This document shows, in pieces, positions 1 to 11,870 of a DNA stretch of 64,000 nucleotides (positions within the stretch are counted from its first letter, which is position 1; each line of letters opens with the position of its first letter). Source of the DNA: an uncultured Acidobacteriota bacterium (GTDB taxonomy: Bacteria; Acidobacteriota; UBA6911); NCBI GenBank assembly GCA_963827655.1, contig CAWHCF010000043.1, positions 75,726 to 139,725 of the forward strand, given 5' to 3'. The translations under genes were made by a program, and so were the position numbers. Under the pieces are notes generated by a model. That model searched no databases, was not told the origin of the DNA, and was given only the letters and a program-made list of their open reading frames with translations.

Positions 1-705
1 GCCGCCCGAGTGCCCGTACTCCGAGTCGAACGAGTTGGTCTGGATATTGAATTCCTGAACCTGATCGACCGGCGGAATGTAGGCTACGCGGTCCGAGACA
101 TTGTTGGGAACGCCGTCCATCAGGAACTCGTTCATCCGCTGATTGGCCCCGTTGGTGGAAAAATAAGACGTCCCGCTGATCTCGTTGAGGGAGCTTGGCG
201 CCGGATTTGCCGTCTGAACGATCCCCGCGGAAAGCACCGCCAGCTGCAGGACATTCCGCCCGGCGAGCGGCAAATCTGCTACATAACGATTATTGACGCT
301 CGTACTGATTGATGCCGTGCTCGTCTCCAGCACGGGCGCGTCGGTCTGGACCTCGATCACTTCGCGTACCTCTCCCACTTCCAGCCGGATATCAACGCGT
401 GATCTTGCGTCCGAGCTCGACCGTGATCGTCTGCACGAACTTCTTGAATCCTGCGAGCTCGGCCTCCAACGGTAGTTTCCGACCGGGACCAGGTTGAAGA
501 AGAAGACCCCCTGCTCGTTCGCCAACGCGGTTCGCGTTTCGTTGGTGTTGGTATTGGTGAGGACCACGTTCGTGCCAGGAAGTATCGCTGCCGAAGTGTC
601 GGTGACGGCGCCATCAACCGACCCGGTCGGGACTACCTGGGCCGTTGCGGCCGATACCATGAAAACAAGCAGCGCGAGAGAGACGATAGAAGCTGACTTG
701 GTCAT
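1..705 (-). CDS. TonB-dependent receptor (carboxypeptidase-regulatory-like N-terminus), 5' part; runs off the window
   Basis: ATG at 705 with GGAGG upstream; reads MTKSASIVSLALLVFMVSAATAQ-VVPTGSVDGAVTDTSAAILPGTNVVLTNTNTNETRT...LPLAGRNVLQLA; short compensated frameshift near 410-470. Confidence 0.85.
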   Translation of the reverse strand, partial: MTKSASIVSLALLVFMVSAATAQVVPTGSVDGAVTDTSAAILPGTNVVLTNTNTNETRTALANEQGVFFFNLVPVGNYRWRPSSQDSRSSCRRSRSSSDARSRVDIRLEVGEVREVIEVQTDAPVLETSTASISTSVNNRYVADLPLAGRNVLQLAVLSAGIVQTANPAPSSLNEISGTSYFSTNGANQRMNEFLMDGVPNNVSDRVAYIPPVDQVQEFNIQTNSFDSEYGHSGG

Positions 706-933
706 TCGGTGCCTCCGCCATTAGATGGTTTTGGGAAGCGATACTCGCGGTGACCCAGGCGAGGTGTCAAGAAGAAAAGGATTCGTCGTGTCCTAGCGTC
801 TTAGTGGCCGCTTTTGTTTTCACCCGCTGCGCCGCAGACCTGGGTCGCCTACATTCGTCCGGAGATTTGTGTACACAATCGTTGATCTCCCGTATCGGGT
901 TCTGTACTCTTTGGTGATGGAAGGAACGCCGCT

Positions 934-1212
934 GTGCGCGTAGCAGGAGTCCGCGAATTCCGAAACCGAGCGCCGGAGCTTCTCCAAGGCCGCGACATCG
1001 TGTTCGTGACCCGCCACGGCAAGCTCTCGGGAGTCCTGGTTCCGTTGGCCGACCCGACAGAGCTTCCTGTCGAGTTTCGCAAGGAGATTCTCCGTCGGTT
1101 GGGGACGGCGATAGCCCGCGATCTCAAGAGTAAAGGAGTGACCGAGAGAAAGGCCCAGAGTGACTTCGAAGCCTGGCGGAACGCCCGTCGATCGCGTCGC
1201 AGCCGACGCTAA
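934..1212 (+). CDS. Type II antitoxin, Phd/YefM-like
   Basis: MRVAGVREFRNRAPELL...IVFVTRHGK is Phd-like; overlaps a downstream PIN gene. Confidence 0.75.
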   Translation: MRVAGVREFRNRAPELLQGRDIVFVTRHGKLSGVLVPLADPTELPVEFRKEILRRLGTAIARDLKSKGVTERKAQSDFEAWRNARRSRRSRR

Positions 1213-1660
1213 CGTCCTACTCTCCGCAGTCCTCGGTCACGCTGTCTTGAAAGTGTTCACCGAGCATGACGTGGCTGTTGTGTCCCCAAGCAGCGTCGTA
1301 GAGGAAGTACGAGATTACCTACCAGAGGTGGGCGAGCAGTACCACATCAGTGTGGAAGACTCCAGAGATACCCCCCAGGTGTCGGACTTGTTGACCCGCG
1401 GAAACATAACTTGCCTCTCGAATCACAGCTTCGACTGCTGGCGATCCGCGAATACGAGCGCGAAGCATATGAAGAGAAGCTCATCGAGGCGCGGTCACGA
1501 ATAGGAGCGCGGGATCCTGAACGACATAGACCTTCTCGCCCTGGCGCTGGTTCTTGAAATCCCGGTATGGTCGAACGACAGCGATTTCAAGGGAGCCGGC
1601 GTCGAATGGTATACGACTGCTCGGTTGTTGAAGGTCCTGGCAAAGCGCCGGGCTGTAGCC
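1160..1660 (+). pseudogene. PIN-domain (VapC-like) toxin, interrupted by an apparent insertion and frameshifts; end approximate
   Basis: AADANVLLSA at the N-terminus; other frames give LAIREYEREAY and RDPNDIDLLALALVLEIPVWSNDSDF (PIN acidic motifs). Confidence 0.7.
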
Positions 1661-1705
1661 GGCAAGGAACCAGGTCTGAGCACGGACCGCAATCCGCAAT
1701 CGCGC

Positions 1706-3298
1706 TTACCCCTGCACTCGCCTTTCCTTCCCTTCCCAGTATCGCTCGCGCAGGGCGAACTTCTGGGTCTTGCCGGTCGCGGTCTTCGGCAGGGCTTCCA
1801 CGAAGTCCACAGCCTTCGGCGCCTTGAAATGCGCCATCCGGCCGCGACAGAAATCGATTACCTCTTGCTCCGTCGCCGACATGTTGGGCCGGAGGACGAC
1901 AACTGCCCGCGGCACCTCACCCCACTTGGCATCCGGCACTCCAATCACAGCGACTTCCAGGACGGCGGGATGCTTGTAAATCACACCTTCGATCTCCACT
2001 GACGAAATATTCTCTCCGCCCGAGATAATCACGTCCTTCTTTCGATCGACGATCTCGATGTAACCATCGGGCTGAACCACAGCCAGATCGCCGGAGTGAA
2101 ACCACCCTCCCGCAAAAGCCTTGTCGGTCTCTTCAGGCTGGTTGTAGTAGCCGGTCATGAAGACATGCCCGCGGGCGCAAATCTCTCCAATGGTTTTGCC
2201 GTCGTGGGGAACCTCGACCAGATTCTCATCCAGCACGCGGGTATCGGCGAGGAGCTGGCTGACTCCCTGGCGCGCCTTGATACGCGATCGTTCAACCGGA
2301 GGAAGCTGGTCGAAATCAGTCTTCCATTCGCAGACAGTGAGGAAAGGACCGGTCTCCGTCAGCCCGTAGACGTGGATCACCTCAGCGCCTAGCGCTTCCA
2401 TCCTTTCGAGGACTGCCGCCGGAGGCGGCGCGCCGGCCGTCCCCAGACGAAAGCCGCGCAGACAGCCCGGCGTCGCCTCTTGAGCGTTCGCGATGCTCAC
2501 CAGCACCGTAGGGGCCGCACACGCGAATGTGATTCCATGTTGTCTCAACTTCCGGTAAATCTCTGTCGGGTCCACTTTGCGGAGGCAAACATGGGTGCCC
2601 CCCATTCCCGTCACAGCCCAGATTCCGCCCCATCCATTCGCGTGGAACATGGGAAGCGTATGAAGATAAACATCACGATAGGTGACCCCCAGATGAACGG
2701 TAAAATCCAGGACGTTACACGCCAGGGCGCGATGGCTAAGCATCACTCCCTTCGGTCTGGCTGTCGTCCCGCTGGTGTAGTTCAGCGTGCACGTTTCCCG
2801 TTCGTCAATCGCGGCGTCCGGCGGATCCCGGTCCGACGCTTGTGCCAGAAGCGGCTCGACGTCGCGGCCCACGAGCGCAGGACTTATCGGCTGCCCGTCA
2901 CGAAGGAAGATGATCTCTTTGAGATCGCGAATGTCGCTGCGAATCTGCCGGACGGGCTCGACATATTCCCAGTCCAGCAAGAGGACCTTGGAACCCGAAT
3001 GATTCAAAATGTAGCGGAAGTCCTCGGCCGTGAGCCGGTAGTTGAGCGGCACCAGAATTGCGCCGATCTGCGGCACGCCGAAAAAGCTCTCGAACATCCA
3101 GTGCGTGTTGGGGGAGAGAATCGCAACCCGGTCTCCTTTCTCGACCCCGAGCGACAAGAGGGCATTACTGAGACGGTTGGCGCGAGACTGCAGCTCCGCA
3201 TAAGTGAACTGCTTTCCTTCGTCGACCAGCGCAAGTTTTTCGGGGAAATGCCTCGACGCGCGCCGGAGGAAATCGTTTGGAGTGAGGGTCTGGAACAT
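1706..3298 (-). CDS. Acyl-CoA synthetase / fatty-acid--CoA ligase (AMP-binding)
   Basis: YTSGTTARPKG, YGLTE, FHSGD, DRKKDVIISGGEN, PKTATGK. Confidence 0.93.
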   Translation of the reverse strand: MFQTLTPNDFLRRASRHFPEKLALVDEGKQFTYAELQSRANRLSNALLSLGVEKGDRVAILSPNTHWMFESFFGVPQIGAILVPLNYRLTAEDFRYILNHSGSKVLLLDWEYVEPVRQIRSDIRDLKEIIFLRDGQPISPALVGRDVEPLLAQASDRDPPDAAIDERETCTLNYTSGTTARPKGVMLSHRALACNVLDFTVHLGVTYRDVYLHTLPMFHANGWGGIWAVTGMGGTHVCLRKVDPTEIYRKLRQHGITFACAAPTVLVSIANAQEATPGCLRGFRLGTAGAPPPAAVLERMEALGAEVIHVYGLTETGPFLTVCEWKTDFDQLPPVERSRIKARQGVSQLLADTRVLDENLVEVPHDGKTIGEICARGHVFMTGYYNQPEETDKAFAGGWFHSGDLAVVQPDGYIEIVDRKKDVIISGGENISSVEIEGVIYKHPAVLEVAVIGVPDAKWGEVPRAVVVLRPNMSATEQEVIDFCRGRMAHFKAPKAVDFVEALPKTATGKTQKFALRERYWEGKERRVQG

Positions 3299-3434
3299 GG
3301 TGACGCCCTTTCAGGCAGACACGAAGCTGCTTGTGCCTGCGACAAAACTTGAACTATCGAGATTGATTGCATAAAACCGCAAACATTTTCCATATCACAA
3401 AGACGCACCAGGACTCAAAGGGATTGGAATCGAC

Positions 3435-4364
3435 ATGAAGCAAATTCCTGAACACCGTCAGATAACGCGTGAGCAAGTGATCGACTTCATGCGCACACTT
3501 TCCAACTGGGGCAGATGGGGGACGGAGGATCAGCTGGGTTGTCTTAATTACATCACGACGGAAAGACGGCGCGCGGCCGCCGCCCTGGTGCGGGAGGGCG
3601 TGACGGTTTCGGCTTCTCGCGCGCTTCCCACCGAGGCGGCCCCGGACAATCCACATCCGGTAAAGCACCTGATGACGTCGACGGGGCTCGACAGGCAATC
3701 GATCGCTTCGGGAGACTACTTTGGATTGAGCCCTCATGGATACGCAACCACCCACCTGGATGCGCTGTGCCACGTGTTCTACAAAGATGCGATGTATAAC
3801 GGTCACTCGCGAGAGCTGGTAACGCCCGCGGGGGCTGAATTCAACTCGATCGATGCGCTCCGAGGCGGCATCTTTGCGCGCGGCGTGCTACTGGATATTG
3901 CGCGAACAAAACAGCGAGCCTGGCTCGAGCCGGGAGAGGCTATCATTCCCGACGATCTCGAAGAGAGCGAGAACTTCGAAGCGGTACGGGTTCAAAGCGG
4001 CGATTTTCTACTGATACGCACCGGAAGATTCGCCTATCGCGAAAAGCATGGTCCGTGGAATGCGGAGGAGCGGCTCGCGGGACTTCATGCCTCTTGCCTC
4101 CCCTGGGTTCACCAAAGGCAGATCGCCGCCCTTGGATGCGACGGCGTCAGCGACGTCATACCAAGTCAGGTACCGAGGATTCGCCTCCCGATTCACCTCG
4201 TGGGAATCGTGGCGATGGGTCTCCACCTGCTCGACAATGCCGACCTGGAAGCGCTGGCGGAAGTTTGCGGCCGATACCGGCGTTGGGAGTTCCTGCTGGT
4301 AGTAGCTCCTCTCGTTCTAATGAAGGGAACGGCGTCTCCGGTCAACCCTGTGGCTATTTTTTGA
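3435..4364 (+). CDS. Cyclase-family (kynurenine formamidase-like) metal-dependent hydrolase
   Basis: SNWGRWG..DQLG.LN, HGYATTHLDALCH, GTASPVNPVAIF. Confidence 0.88.
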   Translation: MKQIPEHRQITREQVIDFMRTLSNWGRWGTEDQLGCLNYITTERRRAAAALVREGVTVSASRALPTEAAPDNPHPVKHLMTSTGLDRQSIASGDYFGLSPHGYATTHLDALCHVFYKDAMYNGHSRELVTPAGAEFNSIDALRGGIFARGVLLDIARTKQRAWLEPGEAIIPDDLEESENFEAVRVQSGDFLLIRTGRFAYREKHGPWNAEERLAGLHASCLPWVHQRQIAALGCDGVSDVIPSQVPRIRLPIHLVGIVAMGLHLLDNADLEALAEVCGRYRRWEFLLVVAPLVLMKGTASPVNPVAIF

Positions 4365-4384
4365 AGGCCGGACGAACAAAAACC

Positions 4385-4415
4385 AACCACGAAGACTCAA
4401 AGGCACGAAGAAACG
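4385..4415. repeat. 9-mer-periodic intergenic repeat arm (family A)
   Basis: AACCACGAAGACTCAAAGGCACGAAGAAACG between convergent genes. Confidence 0.75.
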
Positions 4416-5657
4416 CTAGCTCCAGTAGGTCTCGCCCTGAGCGAGGTGCGCCTTCACCACGTCAGGGTTGAGTTCGATTCCCAGACCGGGCTTCTTGGTG
4501 ATTTCGATATACCCATCCTTGATGATGGGCCCGTCGTGCAGGATGACATCGTCCATCCAGTCCCCCTTGCCCAGGACGGTCTCACACAGGAGGAAATCCC
4601 GAATGGAGCCGGCCCACTGGACCGTCGACACTGTGGCCACGATACTCCCCGTATTGTGCGTGGCCATGGGTAAGGCGAAGATCTCGGCCAGATCGGCGAT
4701 CCGCTTCGTCTCCAGGAAGCCTCCGGTATTCCGCAGATCGGGATGCAGGATGTCGCAGGCATGGTTGATTATGAAGTCCTTGAACCCCTGTCTTCTCGAA
4801 AGGTTCTCACCCATGCAAATGGGCACCCGCGAACTTTCGACCAGCCGGCGCCAGCTATCCGAGTAGTCCACCGGCATGGGGTCCTCGAGCCAGAACGGAC
4901 GCATCGGCTCGATGGCCTCCGCAATCTGGATGGACGTTCGCAGGTCGTATTCCCAGTGGCAGTGGACCATGATGTCGTGATCCCAGCCAAGGGCCTCGCG
5001 GCAGTTCTCGAATCCCTTGCGAATCTGGGATAGCTCCGTGGTTGTCAGGATGCGGTTGGATTGATCGCGCGCCTTGTCGACCTTGGGATCCGAACGACGG
5101 AAGCCGAACTTGTGGCAGGTAAAGCCGCTCCGATCCGCCTTGACGCGCTGGGCCCATTCCCGGCAGGAAGCAGGGTCGAGCATGTCTCGCGGCGCCGCAT
5201 GATCGTACATGCGCACGCGCTCGCGAAACTTACCACCCAGAAGTGTCGTGGACGGAACTCCCAGAATCTTTCCCGCCAGATCCCAGAGGGCGATCTCGAT
5301 CCCGCTGACGGCGCGCATCAGCGAGTGAGCCGAACCGTCGGTGCGCGTGCCCAGCCCGGTGTAGATTGCGTCGATCTCCAGCGGATCTTTTCCCACCAGG
5401 TCCGGTTTCAGGGCGAGAACCTGCTCCTTGACCCCCACACCCGGACTCCCGTAGGCTTCGCCGATGCCGTAGAGCCCCGCGTCGGTCTCAACTTTTACGA
5501 AGGTGTAGGTCCGTGGACCCTGCAGCATCATGACCTTGATGTCGCGAATCTTGACGTGCTTCTTCTCCGAGGAGGCCAGCGAATGATATCGAGAAAGGAG
5601 TGATACCGAGGCGAGAGCCGGTATCGATTGCAGCATTTTTCGTCGAGTGATAAGCAT
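4416..5657 (-). CDS. Mandelate racemase/muconate lactonizing enzyme family dehydratase with Tat-like signal
   Basis: TRRKML leader; SGIEIALWDLAGK, WLEDP, MGEN, KPGLGIELN. Confidence 0.9.
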   Translation of the reverse strand: MLITRRKMLQSIPALASVSLLSRYHSLASSEKKHVKIRDIKVMMLQGPRTYTFVKVETDAGLYGIGEAYGSPGVGVKEQVLALKPDLVGKDPLEIDAIYTGLGTRTDGSAHSLMRAVSGIEIALWDLAGKILGVPSTTLLGGKFRERVRMYDHAAPRDMLDPASCREWAQRVKADRSGFTCHKFGFRRSDPKVDKARDQSNRILTTTELSQIRKGFENCREALGWDHDIMVHCHWEYDLRTSIQIAEAIEPMRPFWLEDPMPVDYSDSWRRLVESSRVPICMGENLSRRQGFKDFIINHACDILHPDLRNTGGFLETKRIADLAEIFALPMATHNTGSIVATVSTVQWAGSIRDFLLCETVLGKGDWMDDVILHDGPIIKDGYIEITKKPGLGIELNPDVVKAHLAQGETYWS

Positions 5658-5690
5658 GGAATCACCTCTTCCCGCGAAGACGCGAACAGG

Positions 5691-8600
5691 TTAGAAAGTA
5701 AGCCGCAGCGCGAACTGCATCTGTCGCGGCAGGCTGACCGTGCTTCGTATCTTGCCAAAATCCGGGCTTTCGAGGATCGTGTTCGGGTCCGCGAGGGTCG
5801 GCGTATTGGTCAGGTTGAATGTCTCCCAGCGGAACTGCAGGTTGACACGCTCCGTGATCGGAAACGATTTCATCAACCCGAAATCGATGTTGAACGGGCC
5901 ATCGCCATTCAGAATCGCGCGCCCTGCATTTCCCAGCCGGAAAGTACCGTCCGGGTTGCGCGGCAGCACGAATGCCGAGGTGTCAAACCACTGATCGGCC
6001 GTCCGGTGATCGAGCGTGCCGTCTGAAACCCGGTCAGGAAACCACGCGCCGACCCGGGTTGCGCCCAGGCGCTGGCGCGAGTTGGGAACGGTGAGCGTGA
6101 AATAGTGCCCGGTCTGGGCCGAGATAATACCCGAGACCTGCCATCCGCCGAACAACTGGTTCATCCAGCCCTTCTGGTTCATCAACGCACGGCCATTGCC
6201 AAACGGCAATTCGTAAAGCGCGGCCGCGACCACGCGATGCCGGTAGTCGAAATCCGAGTTTCCCCGGCTTCCTTCGAAGTTGTCGAAGTCCTGAAGCCCT
6301 CCGCCACCGGAGCCGAACTGCTCGGTCACGTTGTCGAGCGAGTGGCTCCAGGTATAGGCGCCGGACAAGGAAAAGCCCTGGGAAAATCTGCGCTCGACCT
6401 GCGCGTCCAGGCCATGATAGTTCGCATGGCCGAAGGGCGTTCGAAGCGTAATATTGTTCCACTGCGGGATCGGCCGGCGCTGTCGCTCTGTCGCCAAGGG
6501 ACCCGGAAGCGATCCGTTCCAGTTATAGGCACCCAGAATGTAGCTGGAAGCCGAGCCGACGTAAGCGACCGTCAACGACAGATCACGCCGAATCTCCTGC
6601 TGTACGGCGAAGTTCCACTGGTAGACCGTCGGCGCGGGGAGGTTCTCCTCCCACACAATCCAGTTCAGGTTTTCAGGAGGCGTCGTGGTGCTTCCGAGAA
6701 AATCGGCCGGCAAGCCGTCTGCAAGTTGGAGCGGGGGTCTCGAGGCCGTGGACTGCGCGGTAACGCTGCGATTGAAGGGAAAGTTGTTGATCATGCGGCC
6801 GTCGGCTCCGAGCGAGCCCTGGCCGCCGTAAAATACCCGAAGCCGGCGCGCACGACGGTCCGCTGCGCAAGCTGGTATCCGAAACCGACTCGAGGCGCCC
6901 AGTTATTTGTGTCCGTGTTGACCAGCGCCCGGCAAGACCAGGAGTTTCCGCAATAGGCCGCGGGACGAATGGTGTTGAATTCAGAGCCCGGCGCCAGAAC
7001 CAGGACATTCATGTTGTCGTGCTGATCGAACCACGGACTCGTGAGCTCGTAACGCAGCCCGAGGTTCAACGTCAGCCGCGGCGTCACCTTCCAGTCATCG
7101 AGCGCGTAGAACATGTAGTTGTTGAAGCGCATGTTGCCCGTCAGGGTGCTGGTCAGAGCAACGGTAGCCGGCCAGCCCAGCAGAAAATCGGCGAAGCTTA
7201 CGCGGGTAAACTGCCCGTCGAAGTTGAAGTTTCCATGCGAACTGTTGCCGCCGAAGATATCCGAGCGGTTCCAGCGGAGATCCGCGCCGAACTTGAGATT
7301 GTGCTTGCCACGATTCCACGACACGTTGTCCAGGAATTGATGAACCTCGTGGACCTTGAAGTTTGGCATCGAACCCGGCTCGCCCAGTCCCTGATAGGTA
7401 TAAGTCCCTGCGAACCCGAACAGAGGCAACCCGAACAGCTTCTCGTTCCCGGGAATTCCCTTGATTCCGTAGACGGATGTCAGATCGGTCAGCAACTCGT
7501 CCGTCAGTTCCCTCTTATCCACCTTCTGCCGTATGAAACCGTAGCGGAACTCATTCAGCAGCGCCGAGCTGAAGATCCGGGTATAGGCCAGGGCCACGCT
7601 GCGCGCATCGTTGTCATCGAAGGCCCGGTCGTTGTTCTGTCCGCCGCGCGCCGGCTGCTCGAAGACCGAGTCGCGCAGATTGTCAAACCGCGAAAGGCTG
7701 AACCGCGCGAACATCGTGTCTTTGGCAGTGAAATTGTGGTCAACGCGCGCGTCAACCTGGTCGCGCGTGGTGTTCCACGGCGGATTGCGGATGAAGTTGT
7801 CGCGCGTGCCCGAACCGGCAAAATTCGGCTCCGGCCACAGCTCGAGAAGCTTGAGCGCAGTGGCGTCGAAGCGCGCCCGAGGAATCTGGTTGCCGGGAAA
7901 ATCCTGCCCCGTGAGGGGATCACGGATGCTCACGCCGAACTGCCCGTTCCGCTCGGCTGCAGTCGGGACGGTTGCCAGATCGGACTGACCTCGTCTTTCT
8001 TGCCGCCCCTCCCAGCTTGCGAAGAAGAAGGTCTTGTCGCGCCGGATCGGGCCGCCGAAGGTCACGCCGTACTGATTCTGCCGGAGGACTTCGGGATCGG
8101 CCTTCCCGTCGCGGTCGCGGTCGACGTAGTTGAATGTGTCGCGGGCGTCGAAGACATCATTGCGGATGTATTCCCACGCAGTTCCGCTGAATCGGTTGGT
8201 TCCCGATTTGACGTTCACGATCATCACGGCACCCGAGTTGCGTCCGAACTCCGCCGAGAAGTTACTGGTCTGGACCTTGAACTCAGCCACTGCGTCGAGC
8301 GCCGGGACCACAACCTGCATCTTGCGGTCCTGCATGCCCATCACGTTGTTGTTGTTGTCGATGCCATCGATGATGAAGCTGTTCTGGGTCATGGGCTGGC
8401 CATGCGCGTTGAAGCCGCTTTCGCGGTCGCGGCTGAGGACCGCCGGCATCACGCCGGCGGTCAACCACGCCAGTTGCTGGAAATTTCTGCCGTTCAGAGG
8501 GAGCTCACGAATTTCGCGCTCGGGTAATACATGGGAGAGCGACGACGTCTCGGATTCGAGCAGGGGCGCTTCCGTCGTGACCGTAACCGTGTCGGCGACC

Positions 8601-8926
8601 TGGCCCAGCTCGAGCCGCATGTCGGCCCGCACGCGATCCTGGGCATGCAGCGCGATCCCTTTCCAGACGGCCTTTTTGAATCCGGCGCTTTCGACGTTGA
8701 TATCGTACGTGCCAATACGCAAGGGACCGACCGTGTAGGCCCCCGTATCGGATGTCTCGGTCATCCGGGTCTCGTTCGTATCACGATTGACTACAACGAC
8801 CCTTGCGCCCGGAACGGCAGCGCCGGAAACGTCCGTGATCACGCCGGTGATCACACCCATGTCCTGCTGCCCCAGAGCAACTCCCGTGGTCAGCAGAAAC
8901 CCAAGAACTGTCGCAAGCTTCCTCAT
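5691..8926 (-). CDS. TonB-dependent receptor, split by a frameshift near 6800-6830
   Basis: ORFs 6791..8977 and 5691..6794 join; start MRKLATVLG (8926) with AGGAGG; LPLNGRNF, YIRNDVFDAR, C-terminal RQMQFALRLTF. Confidence 0.9.
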
Positions 8927-9074
8927 GTGCCTCCTCCTGATCAGGATGGAATTCCGGGAAATCGATATGGATGCCATTGTACGTCAGAAACGTTCCGGAT
9001 CTTCGCGTTTCTTTTGCATGTTTGTGGGCGACAGCGGTTTACGCGCGGACCGGTAGTTGATAACATTAGGCTCT

Positions 9075-10317
9075 GTGAAACGCGCAATCCTGCTGGTGGC
9101 TCTGACGCTTTCTTTCGTTACCCTCCCCTCCCCTGCCGAACAGACCCGCAAGTATGTCTGCCTTATCGATCCGCAAGTCAGCAGCGAAGAACCCGGGACC
9201 TGCGCCGTCTGCGGTTATGAGCTGATCGCCGCAGACCTGGCGGCGTCCGGGTATATTGCGTTTACTTGCGCGGAGCACCGCGAGATCCAGCAGTCGATTC
9301 CCGGAAAATGCCCGAAGTGCGGCCGGAAACTCGGCATGGAGGATCTGCGCGCGAAGCCGAAACTAACCTACGTATGCCCGATGCACCCGGCGGTAACCTC
9401 GTTTTTTGCGGGCAAATGTCCCCGTTGCGCCATGGAGCTTGTCCGGGAAGACCTGCTAAAGAAGAAGTCGGCCGCTTATCGGTGCCCGATGGATCCGGCC
9501 GTGGTTTCAGGCAAGCCAGCGAAGTGTTCCAAGTGCGGTATGAATCTCGTGGCTGTCGACGATTCGGAGTTGCTTCGTTTCCCGATGGAAATCACGACGC
9601 GGCCGAAATCATTCCGATCGGGCGAAAAGGTAAGACTGCAGTTCAAGATCACCAATCCGGTTACGAAGGAGCCGGTGAAGGAGTTCGATGTCGTCCACGA
9701 GAAGCTCTTTCATCTTTTCGTTATCAGCCAGGACCTGGAGTTCTTCGATCACATCCATCCCGAGCGGCGCGAAGACGGCAGCTTTGTTATTGACACCACT
9801 TTTCCGCGACCGGCGCATTACCGGCTTTACGCCGATTTTCTTCCCACCGGAGGCACACCCCAGCTGGTTCAGAAGAGCCTGATTACTTCTGATTGCGAAA
9901 GCGACCTGTTTTCTTCGCAGGCCCGGCTGACACCGGACATCACTCCGAAGACAGTGAATGGCACCACGGTGACGCTGAAGACGGATCCGTCAACCTTCAT
10001 CGCCGGGCCGCGAGGCCACGCTGCTCTATCGTTTGACGGACGAAAAAACCGGAGATGGCGTTACGGACCTCCGTCCTTATCTCGGGGCCTGGGGTCACAC
10101 GTTCATTATCAACGACGACGGTTCCGAATCCATCCACAGCCATCCTGCCGATGAGCTTCCGGGACCGGCGGATCTAGAGAAGGCGCGAAATCAGCCGGAA
10201 ATCTCGTTTCAGGCGTTCTTCCCCAAACCGGGTCTGTACCGGGTGTGGTCGCAGTTTCTGCGAAGAGATCAGGTGTCGACTTACGTCTTCACGATCGAGG
10301 TCCACCGCCTGCGGTGA
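9075..10317 (+). CDS. Exported heavy-metal-binding-domain protein (4 CPMH-type repeats), frameshifted near 10005
   Basis: YVCPMHP...GKCPRCAMELV-like repeats x4; VHEKLFHLF...HIHP; second frame YLGAWGH...HSHP. Confidence 0.8.
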
Positions 10318-10327
10318 GAACAAGACC

Positions 10328-10502
10328 CAACCTCTAAGACGCGAAGACTCGAAGAAACGCTAGGAACTTTGTCCCCGTTAAGATGGCTTCGCGCTTCTTA
10401 GGCGCTTAGCGAAACGTTCAAACCAACATGTTGTTGTTCAGAAGGGGCCTTCGTTCCGGGCGAAGCCCGAACGAACCTTAGTGTCTTCGAGTCTTCGTGG
10501 TT
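10328..10502. repeat. Composite family A repeat element between convergent genes
   Basis: AACCTCTAAGACGCGAAGACTCGAAG...CCCGTTAAGATGGCTTCGCG...GTGTCTTCGAGTCTTCGTGGTT. Confidence 0.75.
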
Positions 10503-11800
10503 AGTGCGGCGTTGGTAATTCGTCCTTCAGGATGTAGGTGAGGTAGGCGGCACACATTTCATCCCTGGTTGATTCGCCCCAGCGGACAGGTGCAGGCGGC
10601 TGGTTGGGATTGCGGGAATTACGGTCAGAATTATCGTAATAAGCGGTAACTTCAACCCGAGTACCCGCGGGAAGTGCCACAGGCCTCTTGAAGATATAAC
10701 TCGACTGCCATTTGAAATCGTAGTTGCGGACCCAGACCAGAGTCTCGCGCGTTCCGTCAGGACGGATAGCCGCCACCTCAATCGATTTCCCCAGTAGATT
10801 CATGTGCGGCAAGGACAGAGATCGCTTCAGCGTCCTGGCTGAACGTGTAGGTAGCCTTGACCCTGAACGACGGGTCGCCCGGCGGGATTTCAAACCTGGT
10901 ATTCACGACAGCGACGCTGCGGAGTTTCTTTTCCACGGCGCCCTTCGCGAAGTAGAGCCCAACCCGGGTCAGGTCCCGCGTCTCATCTCGGGACTGCCGA
11001 TAGTGAACCTGCATCACCAACCGGGCTCCACGGGGTAGAAGCTGTGCGATACCCGATGGAAGAGCGATGCCATTCTGTCCGGGGACCCAACCTCCCAGGT
11101 TGGCCGAGGGCTGGAACCCGGGTCCTCCAAAGCAACCGTATCCCGGCTTCTCATCCGCCATGTCGAGCCGATCCGACTTTCCAGTCCGGTCGATCCAGAT
11201 AAGCGCTCGCTGCACGACGCTGCCATCGCCGGGCCGGAGATCGATCGCCTTTATCCAGCGGTCTCGCGCAGAAGGATTCTGAAGGACAAAACATCGGCAA
11301 TCATCGTTTTCACCTGCATCGAAGCCGTAAGGCTCCGAGGGCTTCAGGATCAGGTCGGGAGTTCCAAACCGCCACTCCTGGTCAAAATCGGGAAGCGGTG
11401 CAAGATCCTTGTCATCCCCCTTGGGCGCCCCTCCATCAACCCAGGCGGTGATAAGATCAATCTCGCGGCCCGCCAGGCTGGGGTCGTTAGTGAATTCGCC
11501 ATACCCGGCCACCGCGTGCCAGGGTGGCATCCTGCGCTCCAGCACTTCCTCTTTGATCGCCTTCGCCCAGGGCCGAGCTTCCTGATACGTAGTGAGAGGC
11601 ATAGGACCAAGTCCTCCCGGGCGATGGCAACTGATGCAGCTCTTCGACAGAATCCGCACGATCTCCTTGTTGAATGTGATCTTGGTGGTAATCACTTCGT
11701 GCGCATTGCCGCGCCAGGTGACCGGCAGAGCCGCCGCGATCACGAGAACTGAGACGGAGACCACGGCCACTCGCCGGAGAAGATGTCGACTTTCTTCCAT
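10501..11800 (-). CDS. Monoheme cytochrome c fused to a Cu type II ascorbate-dependent monooxygenase-like domain; frameshift near 10815
   Basis: CISCH, RMPPW, WVDGGAP, QVHY, PHMNLLGK, YDFKWQ, YDNS..N..NP, DEMC. Confidence 0.8.
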
Positions 11801-11811
11801 AGCTGTGCTAC

Positions 11812-11855
11812 GAAACAAATACCACCAGGACACGAAGACAAGAAACGCCAAGAAA
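11812..11855. repeat. Family A repeat arm
   Basis: AACAAATACCACCAGGACACGAAGACAAGAAACGCCAAG. Confidence 0.7.
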
Positions 11856-11870
11856 GATTATACCCGTGAA

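Noticed and set aside
815-850. att-like duplication around the first TA pair (TCACCCGCTGCGCCGC vs TTACCCCTGCACTCGC at 1706)
   Set aside because: The similarity is too short and weak to distinguish from chance.
7019-8527. Long antisense ORFs (also 2480..3352, 12978..14072, 34985..35977, 50193..51215)
   Set aside because: Shadow frames of well-supported GC-rich genes, with no recognisable motifs.
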